From an uncultured bacterium (lineage in GTDB: Bacteria > Macinerneyibacteriota > Macinerneyibacteria > Macinerneyibacteriales > CAYRFE01): DNA of 47,544 bases. Both the position numbers and the translations under genes were made by a program. The stretch spans positions 10,473-58,016 of the forward strand of contig CAYRFE010000023.1 of NCBI GenBank assembly GCA_964423645.1. Reading direction: 5' to 3'. The number at the start of each line of letters is the position of its first letter. Position 1 is the stretch's first letter. The notes under the pieces are model-generated. The model saw nothing but the letters and a program-made list of their open reading frames with translations, made no database searches and was not told the DNA's origin. Positions 29,309-39,488 of this stretch are shown one piece after another.

Positions 29309-30312
29309 TTCGCACTACGGATGACTGTCGTTTTCGTAATGTGTTCGGTGAAGCGAGTCGTGATACGGAGCGGGTATTTCCCTTCTCATCATCCGAATAC
29401 TATCTTTCATTAATTCGATCCTGTGAGTATTCTGATCCGATTTTTCGTCAATGTATTCCCTCTGCAGAGGAATTACACGATACTCATGGCACTGCTGACC
29501 CGTTCTGTGAAAATGCGAAGCAACATGTCTTTCGATTAATCCATCGATATCCTCGTCGCGCAGTGCTTATCACTACAAATGTCTGTGCTGTGCATTGCAG
29601 ACATTGCATGCGAAAACGCCAGTGGAAGGAAGAACCTTTTTTTATCACACGATCTGAGATCGATACTGCGATGCAGTATTGTGAAGACCATGGAATAAAT
29701 GATATTATTCTTTCAGGCGGTGATCCCTTAATGTTACCAAAAGACATTCTTGAGTATTGTATAACTGCCTGCAAAGATTCAAAAAGTATACAAGTCATGC
29801 GGATCGGAACACGGGTTCCGGTTGTTGATCCGGAGCGTGTGACCGACGAGATCGCTGCGTTATGTGAAATATTTCCGACAACATATGTACTTACTCATTT
29901 TAACCACCCGATCGAGTGTACACCTGATGCACTTCATGCAATTAAACGATTACGCGCACACGGTGCCGTTCTTTTGAACCAGAATGTCCTTTTGAAGGGG
30001 ATCAATGACAATGCTGATATTCTGTATGAGTTGTATACACAGCTGCTTTCCTGGGGAGTTAAGCCCTATTATATGCATCAATGTGATTTGACCGAAGGCA
30101 CGACGCATTTCTGGGTAGAACCCGAAAAAGGTGTCGCGTTATTGAAAGCATTGCAAGGAAACATTTCCGGTCTTGCGCTACCGTACTACGCGATAGATCT
30201 TCCCGGAGGAAAAGGTAAAATACTATTGGGTCCCGAAACATCGTTTGAGAAAGACGGAGATACGTACTATTTTATAACGTATACCGGTGAAAAAGTTGCA
30301 TATCGTCTATGA
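29296..30312 (+). CDS. KamA-family radical SAM protein (lysine 2,3-aminomutase-like, EpmB-sized)
   Basis: CAVHCRHCMRKR is the CxxxCxxC radical SAM cluster motif in KamA context. 338 aa is shorter than canonical KamA (~416 aa). Confidence 0.7.
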   Translation: MSSIIRTTDDCRFRNVFGEASRDTERVFPFSSSEYYLSLIRSCEYSDPIFRQCIPSAEELHDTHGTADPFCENAKQHVFRLIHRYPRRAVLITTNVCAVHCRHCMRKRQWKEEPFFITRSEIDTAMQYCEDHGINDIILSGGDPLMLPKDILEYCITACKDSKSIQVMRIGTRVPVVDPERVTDEIAALCEIFPTTYVLTHFNHPIECTPDALHAIKRLRAHGAVLLNQNVLLKGINDNADILYELYTQLLSWGVKPYYMHQCDLTEGTTHFWVEPEKGVALLKALQGNISGLALPYYAIDLPGGKGKILLGPETSFEKDGDTYYFITYTGEKVAYRL

Positions 30313-30887
30313 ACGGCACAATTCGCGAACAAAAACAGAAACTACGGTCGTTATATTTACGTGAGCGACGAAGATTGACAATCGATACGGTTCGTGAGGT
30401 CGGTCATGAAATACTGCACATTCTTGATAAAAACGGTGTGATAGCTGATAATAATGTCTTTCACGTCTATTATCCTATCAACAACGAAGTCGATACACGG
30501 CCGTTGATAACACGTCTTTTTGCACTCGGTAAAACAGTGCTTATGCCGCGTACAAATTTTGACCTCGGGACAATTGATACGTTTATTGTGCGTTCTTTTG
30601 AAGATCTTGAGATCACGCGATTCGGTATGCATGAGCCGAAACGCAGTTGTAGATTATTTACCGATGAGCCGGATGTGGTGTGTGTACCGGGCGCAGTATT
30701 TGATATGAACGGGAATCGAATAGGATACGGGAAAGGATTCTATGACGGATTTCTTGCATTCAATAATGCAAAAAAGATCGCATTTGCCTATGACTTCCAA
30801 GTGATTGAAAGCCTGCCGCATGATCCTCATGATATCAAAATGGATATGATTGTGACGGAGAAAAGTATTATTTCAGCTCAATTATAA
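30309..30887 (+). CDS. 5-formyltetrahydrofolate cyclo-ligase
   Basis: KQKLRSLYLRERRRL...VPGAVFDMNGNRIGYGKGFYDGFL is the MTHFS signature. Confidence 0.75.
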   Translation: MNGTIREQKQKLRSLYLRERRRLTIDTVREVGHEILHILDKNGVIADNNVFHVYYPINNEVDTRPLITRLFALGKTVLMPRTNFDLGTIDTFIVRSFEDLEITRFGMHEPKRSCRLFTDEPDVVCVPGAVFDMNGNRIGYGKGFYDGFLAFNNAKKIAFAYDFQVIESLPHDPHDIKMDMIVTEKSIISAQL

Positions 30888-30903
30888 CGAAGAGAGGGTG
30901 GGT

Positions 30904-32001
30904 ATGAACAGTTTGTATGTTTTTATCTCATTAATGTTTGTTTTTTCATGTAGCAAAAGTATTATTCAAAATCCGAATTCTCCAAAGCACTTCCTCGAAT
31001 CACCTATTGTAAAAGTCTGGGGATTGCCGAGTGTTACCGGCAATAATCCCGCCCGTTCATGCGGTATTTATAATGATACAATTTATATCATGTCCAATGA
31101 ATCAAAACACTACCGTGTGACATTTTATACATTTGACGGTAAAGAAATACGATTCGTGGATATCCCGAAAGGGAAAGGGCCGGGGGAAGTGGTGTTTAAT
31201 TATATTTTCAAAATTCGGAATGAGAAAATGTATTTTTACGATTCCACACTTAAGAAGATTGCTATCTTCGATCTTTACGGTAAATCTATTGACGATATTC
31301 TTATCACCGAGGATTTGGGATATGTACAGGGATTAGAATATGAAAAGAATTGTATATATGTCCATGATGCATTAAAAAGTAAGATTATTACCATGGATAT
31401 GACAGGTAAAGTAGTCCGGCGTATACCGTACGAAAATGGTGAAATTACACGTGAAGAATTTTTCGAAAAGCCTATACGATTCGGGAGAATACTATTTGAT
31501 GACGTACGTAGCGAATTATGGATCGGTTATATGAATTTACCTTATACACTTGAGCGGTATGATAGAAATATGAGAAAAACAATGACGATTACTAAAAAAA
31601 TATCCGGCTCGTATCATGAAGCCAAGTGGATGAAAATGAACGGCAGAATTGCGTTGGTCGGTAATATGATGGTGGATACGATGGTTGCACATGACGGGTA
31701 TATATATCTTCCGTTCGGTATCGGGTACTATTATTCTGATAAAGGAATCGAAACATATCATTGTGAGAATACAATCTATGTTTTTAATGCACAGACAGGA
31801 AAATTTGACTATACTATCTGGAATAAAAATTTGAAAAACAGCGGTTATGGGTATATGCTTCTCGGAGTAACCGATGACTATGTAGTTTTGATGACCGTAT
31901 ATGATTATGAGGTCGCAAATAAATTTGCTTCCAAAGATGAGCTTGAACGTATGCAAGGATGGATTTTTGTGTTGAAAAACAGTATTGGCAATAAAAAATA
32001 A
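30904..32001 (+). CDS. lipoprotein, probable beta-propeller fold (hypothetical)
   Basis: Lipobox LMFVFSCSK. Repetitive Y/W/G-rich beta-strand segments. No assignable family. Confidence 0.45.
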   Translation: MNSLYVFISLMFVFSCSKSIIQNPNSPKHFLESPIVKVWGLPSVTGNNPARSCGIYNDTIYIMSNESKHYRVTFYTFDGKEIRFVDIPKGKGPGEVVFNYIFKIRNEKMYFYDSTLKKIAIFDLYGKSIDDILITEDLGYVQGLEYEKNCIYVHDALKSKIITMDMTGKVVRRIPYENGEITREEFFEKPIRFGRILFDDVRSELWIGYMNLPYTLERYDRNMRKTMTITKKISGSYHEAKWMKMNGRIALVGNMMVDTMVAHDGYIYLPFGIGYYYSDKGIETYHCENTIYVFNAQTGKFDYTIWNKNLKNSGYGYMLLGVTDDYVVLMTVYDYEVANKFASKDELERMQGWIFVLKNSIGNKK

Positions 32002-32018
32002 TAAGAGGGAATGTAACT

Positions 32019-33080
32019 ATGAAAAATATTTTCATGGTAATAATTGTTATTATAACGTTAGTATTGTTGGTCAAGGCGGATGGTATTGGCAGAGTGAAAT
32101 TTTTCACTGATCCTTCTTGTGAGACGTGTCATAAAGTTGACGCATATCTGCAGGAGCTGAAACCTGCATATTCATTAAAAATAGAAAAATTATCGGTATA
32201 TGAGAAAGAAAATATGGAACGACTGTTCGCGTTGGAGAAAACATACAACGTATCGGTTTCTCAAGTGCCGGTCGTTGAAATTGAGGGTATCGGCATATTG
32301 CAGGGTGATGCTATCCTTCGTGATTTGAAAGAACTGCTTGAAAAAGGACGAACTGATACAAGCACCTCAGATTTCAGCACACGTAACTTTACGATAGGTG
32401 CGGTAGCACTCGCAGGTCTTCTCGACGGTATTAACCCGTGTGCATTTGCGACAATGGTGTTTTTGATACTATTTCTTTTTTCTATCAATAAAAGCCGACG
32501 AGAAATACTCGGCGTGGCACTGTGCTTTTGTGCAGGAGTGTTTATCGCGTATTTTGCAATGGGTATCGGATTACGTGCGGTATTGAGTGCATTGTATAAT
32601 GTTGCGGCAGTGAAGAAGTATTTGAACACAGTGCTTGCAGGAGTATTGATCATTTTGGCGGTATGGTCGTTTGTCGATGCATATTTGTTTATTAAAAAAG
32701 GAATCGTTACGCTCAAACTACCCGAATCCTGGAAACGCTATATCAATCATTTCATTATTATTCGAAGCAAGTACGGCTCTCTGTATGCAGGGAGTATTAT
32801 CACCGGTATCATCGTCTCAGTTATCGAGATCGCCTGCACGGGGCAGATATATATTCCGGTGATAGGCTACATGATCAAAGAAGGTAAAACGTCAGGTTAT
32901 CTTTATCTCACGGTATATAATCTTGCGTTCATTTTGCCGCTTGTCGCAGTGGGTATTGCAGTATTTTTCGGGATGCAGAAAGAAACAGTCCGCACAATGT
33001 TATCGAAGAGTGTTGTAAAAGTAAAGATCGCCATGGGTGTATTGTTCGTGCTTCTTGCGATTTTAATCTCAATGGGTTAA
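32019..33080 (+). CDS. thioredoxin-like domain fused to a CcdA/DsbD-like cytochrome c biogenesis transmembrane domain
   Basis: N-terminal FTDPSCETCH (thioredoxin-like CxxC), then multi-TM region with LLDGINPCAFATMVFL. The last 5 codons and stop lie inside repeat copy 5. Confidence 0.5.
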   Translation: MKNIFMVIIVIITLVLLVKADGIGRVKFFTDPSCETCHKVDAYLQELKPAYSLKIEKLSVYEKENMERLFALEKTYNVSVSQVPVVEIEGIGILQGDAILRDLKELLEKGRTDTSTSDFSTRNFTIGAVALAGLLDGINPCAFATMVFLILFLFSINKSRREILGVALCFCAGVFIAYFAMGIGLRAVLSALYNVAAVKKYLNTVLAGVLIILAVWSFVDAYLFIKKGIVTLKLPESWKRYINHFIIIRSKYGSLYAGSIITGIIVSVIEIACTGQIYIPVIGYMIKEGKTSGYLYLTVYNLAFILPLVAVGIAVFFGMQKETVRTMLSKSVVKVKIAMGVLFVLLAILISMG

Positions 33081-33265
33081 ATTCCCCGAAGCTTGCTTCG
33101 GCTTTACTATTATAGTTTTTTTATTATAAGGGGTGTGGTGACGGTGTAGAGACACGGCATGCCGTGTCTGTAACCGAAAGCCCCTCCCAAAAAGAAAAGG
33201 GAGGGGTTTGGAGTGGGCAAACAAATAAAGTTTTTTTCGGAGATACCCTGTAGCTAGTTCATTAC
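33064..33265 (+). repeat. modular intergenic repeat, copy 5: 5' module + G-rich core (subtype A) + 3' module
   Basis: tttaatctcaatgggttaaattccccgaagcttgcttcggctttactattatagtttttttattataa + ggggtgtggtgacg-[gacacggcatgccgtgtc]-[cccctccc aaaaagaaaa gggagggg]-tttggagtgggcaaacaaat + ggagataccctgtagctagttcat. Confidence 0.85.
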
Positions 33266-33417
33266 TTTACTAAGATAATGTGAGATATTTTTGCCTAATC
33301 GCATGTGTTATATTGTCAATCATGTCAGTAATGATATGAAAATGCATGTAATCTCCAGATTTCACTTGCCCTTTCGAGGAAAATTCAGTATACTTTTTGA
33401 AGTTAAAAGGGGGTGTT

Positions 33418-34224
33418 ATGCAAAAATATATTCTTCCCGATGATATGAATGTTAAAACTGCTGTTCATGAAGAAAGCCCCGAGTATGTTTTGAAGGAAGC
33501 GGACCGATATTATACATTGGGTAATTATGACAAAGCCCTTGATCAGTATAATCGCGTTCTTGAAAACGGGGGAAAGTTCCCCGATGTGTATAATAAAATT
33601 GGGATTATTCTCAATCATATAGGACGGCATTATGAGGCGATCGAGGCGTTTAAGAATGCATTACGATTAAATGCACGCTATCTTGATGCCATTATTAATT
33701 TGGGGATCGTATACGCTGATCTGAGCGATGAGGTCAATGCAATCCTTGAATTCAAAAGAGCGCTTGAAATCGATGCTAATAATACCGAAGCGTTGTTTAA
33801 TCTTCGTTTGGTAACGCGACAAGATTTAAAAGGGTTTGCGCAAACATCAAATGAGATAGAGATATTGGTGGATATGGGGAAAACATATTATGAAAAAGAA
33901 ATGTACAGGCAAGCCATAGAAAAATTTAATCAAATTCTTGAAAAAAAACCAAATTATCATGATATAAAGTTATTGTTGGCGAACGTATACCTACAGGATG
34001 GTTTTTATAAAGAAGCGGAGCAATTGTTTAAGGATATAATCATTAAAAAGCCGGACTGGGCTGCCGCATACGTGAATCTTGGTACTCTTTATTATAATGT
34101 GAAACGATACAAGCAAGCGATCGAAATGTGGGAGTCGGCAATCCATAATGGTGCCGATGCCGACAGGATGAAAGTATGCATCAATGAGTGTACGCATAAA
34201 ATGAAAGGAATGTCTGCAAAATGA
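33418..34224 (+). CDS. tetratricopeptide repeat protein
   Basis: Multiple TPR units (YYTLGNYDKALDQYNRVLE, YNKIGIILNHIGRHYEAIEAFKNALRLNARY, ...). Start at MQKYIL with RBS aaagggggtgttATG. Confidence 0.7.
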   Translation: MQKYILPDDMNVKTAVHEESPEYVLKEADRYYTLGNYDKALDQYNRVLENGGKFPDVYNKIGIILNHIGRHYEAIEAFKNALRLNARYLDAIINLGIVYADLSDEVNAILEFKRALEIDANNTEALFNLRLVTRQDLKGFAQTSNEIEILVDMGKTYYEKEMYRQAIEKFNQILEKKPNYHDIKLLLANVYLQDGFYKEAEQLFKDIIIKKPDWAAAYVNLGTLYYNVKRYKQAIEMWESAIHNGADADRMKVCINECTHKMKGMSAK

Positions 34225-34739
34225 TTCAATCCTTCAAAGGAAAGACACCGCGGATTGCCACCTCTGCGTATATACATGAAACTGCAGTCATTATCGGTGA
34301 TGTGGTTATTGGGGAACATGCAAATATTTGGCCTCACGTAGTGATACGTGGAGATATCAACAGTATTATCATTGGAGATAGAACGAATGTACAGGACAAC
34401 ACCGTCATTCATGTTGATCATGCAATACCGACAATTATTGAACATGATGTTACGATTGGTCACGGCGCGATCATTCATGCATGTACTATTAAGCATACGT
34501 CATTGATCGGTATGGGAGCTACCGTACTTGATCGTTCGGTTATTGGCGAGTGTGCGATGGTCGGTGCGAATGCATTGGTTTCTCCGGGTTCAGTTATTCC
34601 GCCCAATACCTTGTCCATCGGAATGCCTGCAAGACCAAAACGAGAATTAACTTCCGATGAAATTCACGCATTAGCTGATTCTGCACATCATTATTGTGAA
34701 ATTGCAGCTGATTTTAAAAAAGCACAGGACGGTGAATGA
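34221..34739 (+). CDS. gamma-carbonic anhydrase / hexapeptide-repeat family protein
   Basis: Left-handed beta-helix hexapeptide repeats (IGDVVIGEHANIWPHVVIRGD...IGDRTNVQDNTVIH). Confidence 0.75.
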   Translation: MIQSFKGKTPRIATSAYIHETAVIIGDVVIGEHANIWPHVVIRGDINSIIIGDRTNVQDNTVIHVDHAIPTIIEHDVTIGHGAIIHACTIKHTSLIGMGATVLDRSVIGECAMVGANALVSPGSVIPPNTLSIGMPARPKRELTSDEIHALADSAHHYCEIAADFKKAQDGE

Positions 34740-34743
34740 GTAT

Positions 34744-36546
34744 ATGAAAAAAATTGTTTATTTTATTTTGTTTTTGGTGATGTCTTCGTGTGCGCTTATA
34801 AATGGGAATACAAAAGATGCTACTGATACTTCAACGAAAGAGCCGACAGTTGTAAAGACCACTCCGGAACCGGTTATCGACCAAACGGTGATTGATAAAA
34901 CGTATGAACAGGCAGTCGCATTGTATTCCAAACAACAATATCCGGAATCGACAGCAGCTTTTTTGGATTATATCAAAAGTTCCAAAGACAATGACCGTAC
35001 GATCAAGTCGTATTTTTATCTCGGGGATATGTACCGTTACAACCTTGATTATGACATGGCACGTAATTATTATAAAAAAGTGATTGAAAAAACAGCCGAT
35101 GCGTCAAATACCTCAAAAGCACAGTTTTATATCGCACGTTGTTATGATGAACAGGAGCGCTACCGCGAAGCGATTGAATATTATAACACGATGTTGTTGT
35201 CGGATGGCGCAGAAAAAGCACTTCGCGATATTGTGAGTGCGCAAATAGAGACCATCATTACGAATCACTGTTCGGTTGAAGATTTAAAGCATATTGTGAC
35301 CAAACTTCCCCCGACACCTGCTTTGGCGCAAGCCTATTTGCGTTTGGGGAAACATTATCTTGATACCCGTCAGTATACGGAGAGCGAGAAAGTATTTACG
35401 CAAATGAAAACGACAGGGAAAACACAAGAAGCGGAAACATTTCTGAAAGTTGCACAACAAAAGGGTAAAAACCCGCAAGTGAAAATCGGCGTCATGTTGC
35501 CATTTTCAGGATCGTACGGTCAATTAGCGGAACGAATTTATCATGCAATTAATCATATGCAAAATTATAAGAATAAGAATTTGCCGAAAGAAACGCCGAT
35601 TCTTGTCGTGCGTGAAGATACCGGCGATGAAGTCAAACAGATCGGTGCGGTTTACGAAAAATTGGTAGCGGAGGGCGTACAGATCATAATCGGGCCGTTG
35701 TATTCTCAAGTGGCGGATGCTCTTGTTCCTTTTGTAGAGAAACATAAAGTTCCGGTCATATTTCTCGTTGCCAATGATGATCTTCTGCATAAAAAGAGCT
35801 CGTACTTTTTCAGGAACTCATTTCGCAAACAAGATGAGGCGATCACGCTTGCCGATTATGCCGTGAAAAAACTTCGTTTGACAAATTTTGGTGTATTGGT
35901 GCCCAATGATGATCGCAGTATGAATACCGGTAATGTTTTTAAAAGACGTGTCGAAACATACCGTGCCGTTATGCCGGTTTTTCAATCCTACAACAAGGGT
36001 GAAACAACATACACAACATATTTAAATCAAGTTAAAACTGCATTTGTAGAAGGCTTATTTATTCAGGGAACCAACCGTAGGGATTTAGAGCAACTTGTGC
36101 CGACCATTCCCTATGTCGGATTAAATATTGCGGTCTTGGCTGACTCTACGCTGTATGATGAATATCTGTTCCGTGTATTGGCTGAGCATACGAATGGTAT
36201 GATTATAGCGACGTATTTTAACACGAATGATTTCGGGATTCTCGAAAAAGATATTTACGACTCATTCAAGGCCAGTTTCAACTACACTCTCGACCAATAC
36301 AATATTCTTGGCCTCGATGCATTTAATGTCGCCTATGAGGCATTAGTTCGTACCGGTGGTGTAAGCGGGGATGAGTTGGTTCAAGCACTTAAATCGGTGA
36401 AGGATATGAAGGGATTATGCGGACGCATCACTATGTCGTCCGAAGGAGATATGGTAAAGGATATTTTCCTCTACCGCGTCGAAAGCGGAGTACCAAAAAA
36501 GGTTGATTTCAGTGCTGATACAAGCGCTTTTATGGCGTTTAAATAA
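34744..36546 (+). CDS. lipoprotein with N-terminal TPR region and C-terminal type-I periplasmic-binding (Leu/Ile/Val-binding-like) domain; LpoA-like architecture
   Basis: Lipobox LVMSSCA. TPR-like helical region. C-terminal KIGVMLPFSGSYGQLAERIYHAIN...IIGPLYSQVADAL resembles the PBP type 1 fold. The six-frame ORF starts at 34696, but the lipoprotein start is at MKKIVYF. Confidence 0.5.
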   Translation: MKKIVYFILFLVMSSCALINGNTKDATDTSTKEPTVVKTTPEPVIDQTVIDKTYEQAVALYSKQQYPESTAAFLDYIKSSKDNDRTIKSYFYLGDMYRYNLDYDMARNYYKKVIEKTADASNTSKAQFYIARCYDEQERYREAIEYYNTMLLSDGAEKALRDIVSAQIETIITNHCSVEDLKHIVTKLPPTPALAQAYLRLGKHYLDTRQYTESEKVFTQMKTTGKTQEAETFLKVAQQKGKNPQVKIGVMLPFSGSYGQLAERIYHAINHMQNYKNKNLPKETPILVVREDTGDEVKQIGAVYEKLVAEGVQIIIGPLYSQVADALVPFVEKHKVPVIFLVANDDLLHKKSSYFFRNSFRKQDEAITLADYAVKKLRLTNFGVLVPNDDRSMNTGNVFKRRVETYRAVMPVFQSYNKGETTYTTYLNQVKTAFVEGLFIQGTNRRDLEQLVPTIPYVGLNIAVLADSTLYDEYLFRVLAEHTNGMIIATYFNTNDFGILEKDIYDSFKASFNYTLDQYNILGLDAFNVAYEALVRTGGVSGDELVQALKSVKDMKGLCGRITMSSEGDMVKDIFLYRVESGVPKKVDFSADTSAFMAFK

Positions 36547-38260
36547 TGTATTTAAAATAATATTTTTTATACTGCCATTTGCTATATTTTATGTATCTGC
36601 GATACCGCAGATACATATTCCGTTAGTGTTTCGTCATTCTGATAAATTATTTCATTTTCTTGAATATTCGGTGCTTGCACTTACCGGATTTTTCGCGTTT
36701 CGGACTGTGCGTGGTTTTCGGTGGAGATTGCTTATTTTCGGAATTATATTTGCATTCTTTGACGAGTATCATCAGACATTAGTTCCCGGACGAGTGGGAG
36801 ATTACGGCGATGTGATTGCCGATATTATTCCGTTTCTTTTGCTGTGGTGTATACGCTTCCCGTTACCATGTCCGACGATATCGGTGAAAGGGAATTACTG
36901 TATGCCGATTTTTGAACTTGTTCGGTCCGTCATCACCGGCGCAAAAGTGACTATTGACGGTGCAGGGGTGTTGACCATATGGATATTACCGGACAGGGTT
37001 CGATATTTTTATGAGGGTTCGATGCTTTTTGAACATATTCTTAAAAAAACCAGCGCTCAGATCGTGAAATTTGCAGTCTATCGTGACATTGAGTTTCTTT
37101 TGGATAAAAAATTATCTGCGTGGGGGGTATTGTATCAAGTTCGCCCCGGGAAAGCTCTTGATTATATTCGTGGCAGTGACGACGAACGTATACAGGAACT
37201 CCGCCGACGCTTTGCGGTGAATAAAAAAAAGGCAGATCTCTTACTTGAGATCGAGCACATACAGAGACCTCTTTTAGCACAACTTGAAGGCACTATGGGA
37301 GTCTATATTGGAGTACCGTTTTGTCCGTCAAAATGCAGTTATTGTTCGTTTACATCCTACCCGATAGAAAAATATGAGAAGTTCTACCAACCGTATTGTG
37401 ATGCGATAGTGCATGAAATGCATGAACGCTTGACGCATATTGCTCAACCCGTGAGTATGGTATACATCGGAGGAGGGACTCCGTTTACCTTAAAAACAAC
37501 TGATTTGGAAAAGATACTTGCCACAATACGTCTTTATTGCGGTGGTGATTTTGTCGAGTTCACCTGTGAGGCCGGTCGTCCGGAGTTATTTACCGATGAA
37601 AAATGTGCATTGCTGAAAAAATATGGTGTCACGCGAATTGCGATCAATCCGCAAACAATGCATAATCGCACTTTGCAACGGATCGGTCGTCTCCATACTA
37701 CCGATGATTTTATTGCGGCATATCATATGGCATCGTCCTATGGATTTGATGTGATTAACGCAGATTGTATTCTTGGCTTACCCGGAGAAACAAGGAAAAA
37801 TCATCGCCACACCATATCGTCATTATGCGCTTTGGACCGCATCAATTCAATCACAATACATGCTCTTGCGCCAAAAAAGGGTGCACGAGAACAATTTATG
37901 TCAAGCGAGCGTATGATGAACGCATCGTATGCATCAACAGATACAATTCTTCGTAAACACGGATTTCACCCCTATTATGTGTACCGTCAGCGGCATATAG
38001 CTGGCAATACTGATAATATAGGGTATAGTAAACAAGGGAAGGAATCAGCATATAATATTTCTATGATAGGAGAGCATCATACGATATTTGGATTTGGACC
38101 AGGCGCAAGCACGAAATATGTCCACAACAAGAAAGTATTCACGGTGAGAAATCCAAAAGACCTTTCATTGTATATTACTCACACGAAGAACGGTATGATA
38201 CATGATGATATTTCAAATATACAAGGAGGAGTATTCCATGCAATTAACAGCAGTCATTGA
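36503..38260 (+). CDS. VanZ-like membrane domain fused in frame to a HemN/HemZ-like radical SAM protein (oxygen-independent coproporphyrinogen-III oxidase family)
   Basis: N-terminus FFDEYHQTLVPGRVGDYGDVIADIIPFLL is the VanZ signature. YIGVPFCPSKCSYCSF is the HemN-type CxxxCxxC. No stop codon between the two parts. An internal Met at 36902 has a weak RBS. Confidence 0.55.
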   Translation: MISVLIQALLWRLNNVFKIIFFILPFAIFYVSAIPQIHIPLVFRHSDKLFHFLEYSVLALTGFFAFRTVRGFRWRLLIFGIIFAFFDEYHQTLVPGRVGDYGDVIADIIPFLLLWCIRFPLPCPTISVKGNYCMPIFELVRSVITGAKVTIDGAGVLTIWILPDRVRYFYEGSMLFEHILKKTSAQIVKFAVYRDIEFLLDKKLSAWGVLYQVRPGKALDYIRGSDDERIQELRRRFAVNKKKADLLLEIEHIQRPLLAQLEGTMGVYIGVPFCPSKCSYCSFTSYPIEKYEKFYQPYCDAIVHEMHERLTHIAQPVSMVYIGGGTPFTLKTTDLEKILATIRLYCGGDFVEFTCEAGRPELFTDEKCALLKKYGVTRIAINPQTMHNRTLQRIGRLHTTDDFIAAYHMASSYGFDVINADCILGLPGETRKNHRHTISSLCALDRINSITIHALAPKKGAREQFMSSERMMNASYASTDTILRKHGFHPYYVYRQRHIAGNTDNIGYSKQGKESAYNISMIGEHHTIFGFGPGASTKYVHNKKVFTVRNPKDLSLYITHTKNGMIHDDISNIQGGVFHAINSSH

Positions 38261-39152
38261 AAAATCTATTCGGTTAGACGTATTTATCAGTAAAGAATTG
38301 GAATGGTCGAGCAGGAGTGCCATCCAAAAATGGATAGCAGACGGGTGTGTTGCGGTAAATGGGACCATCATTATAAAAACAGGATATGCATTAAATAATG
38401 GTGACACCATTGATATTCAAGTCCCTGAAAAAGAAAAAATACTGCTTCTTCCCGAAGAAATACCTCTTACCATTGTGTATGAAGACGAGTATTTAGTGGT
38501 GATCAATAAACCGTCAGGATTGGTTGTACATCCAGGTGCCGGTGTACAGAGCGGTACGTTGGTGAATGCGCTTTTGCATCATTTTTCATCGTTATCTGCT
38601 GTTGATACCACACGACCGGGCATAGTTCATCGCCTTGATAAAGATACGTCGGGATTGATGATCGTGGCGAAAGATGATATCGCACATCGCAAATTGAGTG
38701 ATATGTTGAAAGAGCGTACCGTGAAACGTGTGTATATGGGGATACTTGTGGGAAAGTTTGAAAAAACAAGCGGGAATATTATAGCTCCGATAGGCAGAAA
38801 CGATGATGACCGTAAAAAAATGGCGGTGAATGTTCGCGGACGATATGCAGAGACAAAATATACGGTCTTGGAAGTATTTCGCGGATATTCCTTAGTTGAG
38901 TTCTCTTTAAAAACAGGGCGAACACATCAAATTCGTGTTCATTCGAAATTCATGGGGCATCCTATATTGGGAGATGTTATTTATGGCGGAAAAGCGACGG
39001 AAAAAAAACTTGCGTGTGTCACACGACAAATGCTTCATGCGCAAAAACTTAGTTTTCATCATCCGGTAAGCGGAGAGTTTATGCAATTTGAGACAGTATT
39101 ACCTGATGATTTTCAACATACTCTTGATGTGCTGTATGAATTGTTTAGTTAA
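38238..39152 (+). CDS. RluA-family 23S rRNA pseudouridine synthase (RluD-like, with S4 domain)
   Basis: S4-like N-terminus (LDVFISKELEWSSRSAIQKWIADGCVAVNG) and catalytic HRLDKDTSGLMIVAKDD. RBS aaggaggagtattccATG. Confidence 0.85.
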   Translation: MQLTAVIEKSIRLDVFISKELEWSSRSAIQKWIADGCVAVNGTIIIKTGYALNNGDTIDIQVPEKEKILLLPEEIPLTIVYEDEYLVVINKPSGLVVHPGAGVQSGTLVNALLHHFSSLSAVDTTRPGIVHRLDKDTSGLMIVAKDDIAHRKLSDMLKERTVKRVYMGILVGKFEKTSGNIIAPIGRNDDDRKKMAVNVRGRYAETKYTVLEVFRGYSLVEFSLKTGRTHQIRVHSKFMGHPILGDVIYGGKATEKKLACVTRQMLHAQKLSFHHPVSGEFMQFETVLPDDFQHTLDVLYELFS

Positions 39153-39488
39153 AATTGGGGCACAAGCTCTGGGTAAATAATCGATTATTATGTCTATTTC
39201 ATTAGCCCCCTCTCATTTGGGAGGGTGACAGGAGCACTTTGTATTCTATCAACGGCATTATTTCCACTCCTGCGGTGCGATAAAAACTTGAATTGACAGA
39301 GCACCTGTTTTCTTATGATTAAAAGCAATGCGATACGTGCACGGTTAATATTATGTCACGTAGAAATATTGTTCATTCTTGTGTCAGTTTCGTGATGTAT
39401 TCCGGAAAAAAGAATAAGAAAATAAATCAAGTGTGACCTTTTCGAAATGTAAAAGATGAGACCCTCGTAAAATTCAAATTCTCTCGTT

